Of a DNA stretch of 64,000 bases, positions 63,618-64,000 are shown piece after piece. Under the pieces are notes generated by a model. That model was not told where the DNA came from. It saw nothing but the letters and a program-made list of their open reading frames with translations, and did not search any database. A program made the position numbers and the translations under genes. Positions within the stretch are counted from its first letter, which is position 1, and each line of letters opens with the position of its first letter. The stretch is from Camelus ferus (lineage: Eukaryota): the NCBI RefSeq assembly GCF_009834535.1, contig NC_045696.1, positions 9,612,001-9,676,000 on the forward strand, in the 5' to 3' direction.

Positions 63618-64000
63618 GTTAAGGGTCGAACTGTGTCTCCATCCCTCCATCCAAATTTAATGTTAAAGTCCTAAGCTCCATACCTCAGAATGTGATCTTA
63701 TTTGGAACTAGGGTCTTTAGAGAAATAATCAAGTTAATATTAGGTCATTAGGATGGACTCTAATCCAAAATGACTGATGTGCTTATTGAAAGGGGGAAAT
63801 TTGGACATGGAGACACACACAGAGGAAAGACAATATAAAGAGACACAGGAAGAAGAGAGCCCTCCTCAAGCTAAGTTATGAGGCAAGAAACACATTTTTC
63901 TTTACAGCCTTCAGAAGAAACCAACCCTGCCAACACCTTGATTTTTGACTTCTAGCCTCCAGAACTGTGAGACAATGAATTTCTGGTTTTGAAGCCACCC
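63618..64000 (+). mobile_element. MaLR LTR (MLT1A/B-like), truncated by the window end
   Basis: tgttaagggtcgaactgtgtc...acctcagaatgtgatcttatttgga...gcctccagaactgtgagacaat. Confidence 0.85.

Noticed and set aside
1..64000. CRISPR array, operon or other prokaryotic-type system
   Set aside because: The sequence is mammalian; there is no repeat-spacer structure and no dense coding region.

Overview
This is mammalian genomic DNA, most likely camelid (alpaca, llama or camel), judged from two tRNA-Ala-derived SINEs of the camelid Vic-1 type and camelid-style L1 3' ends. I find no intact protein-coding gene; the ORF-track entries are chance frames or transposon remnants. Much of the window is interspersed repeat: L1, L2, MIR, MaLR/ERV1 LTRs and hAT/mariner fossils. 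Signals beyond routine repeats: (i) a minus-strand promoter and non-coding first exon at about 3156-3400 of an unidentified gene running off the left edge; (ii) two phase-compatible, stop-interrupted exon-like segments (14.4-14.9 kb and 21.8-22.3 kb) that may be a decayed gene; (iii) a MER41-like solo LTR with altered STAT sites, nested three layers deep; (iv) a ~1.9-kb Charlie-type hAT transposase fossil; (v) a CpG-rich exon or microexon candidate at 38.6-38.9 kb. I cannot support a novel multi-gene system. Repeat family names come from my recall of consensus sequences, and boundaries are approximate unless target-site duplications (TSDs) are given.
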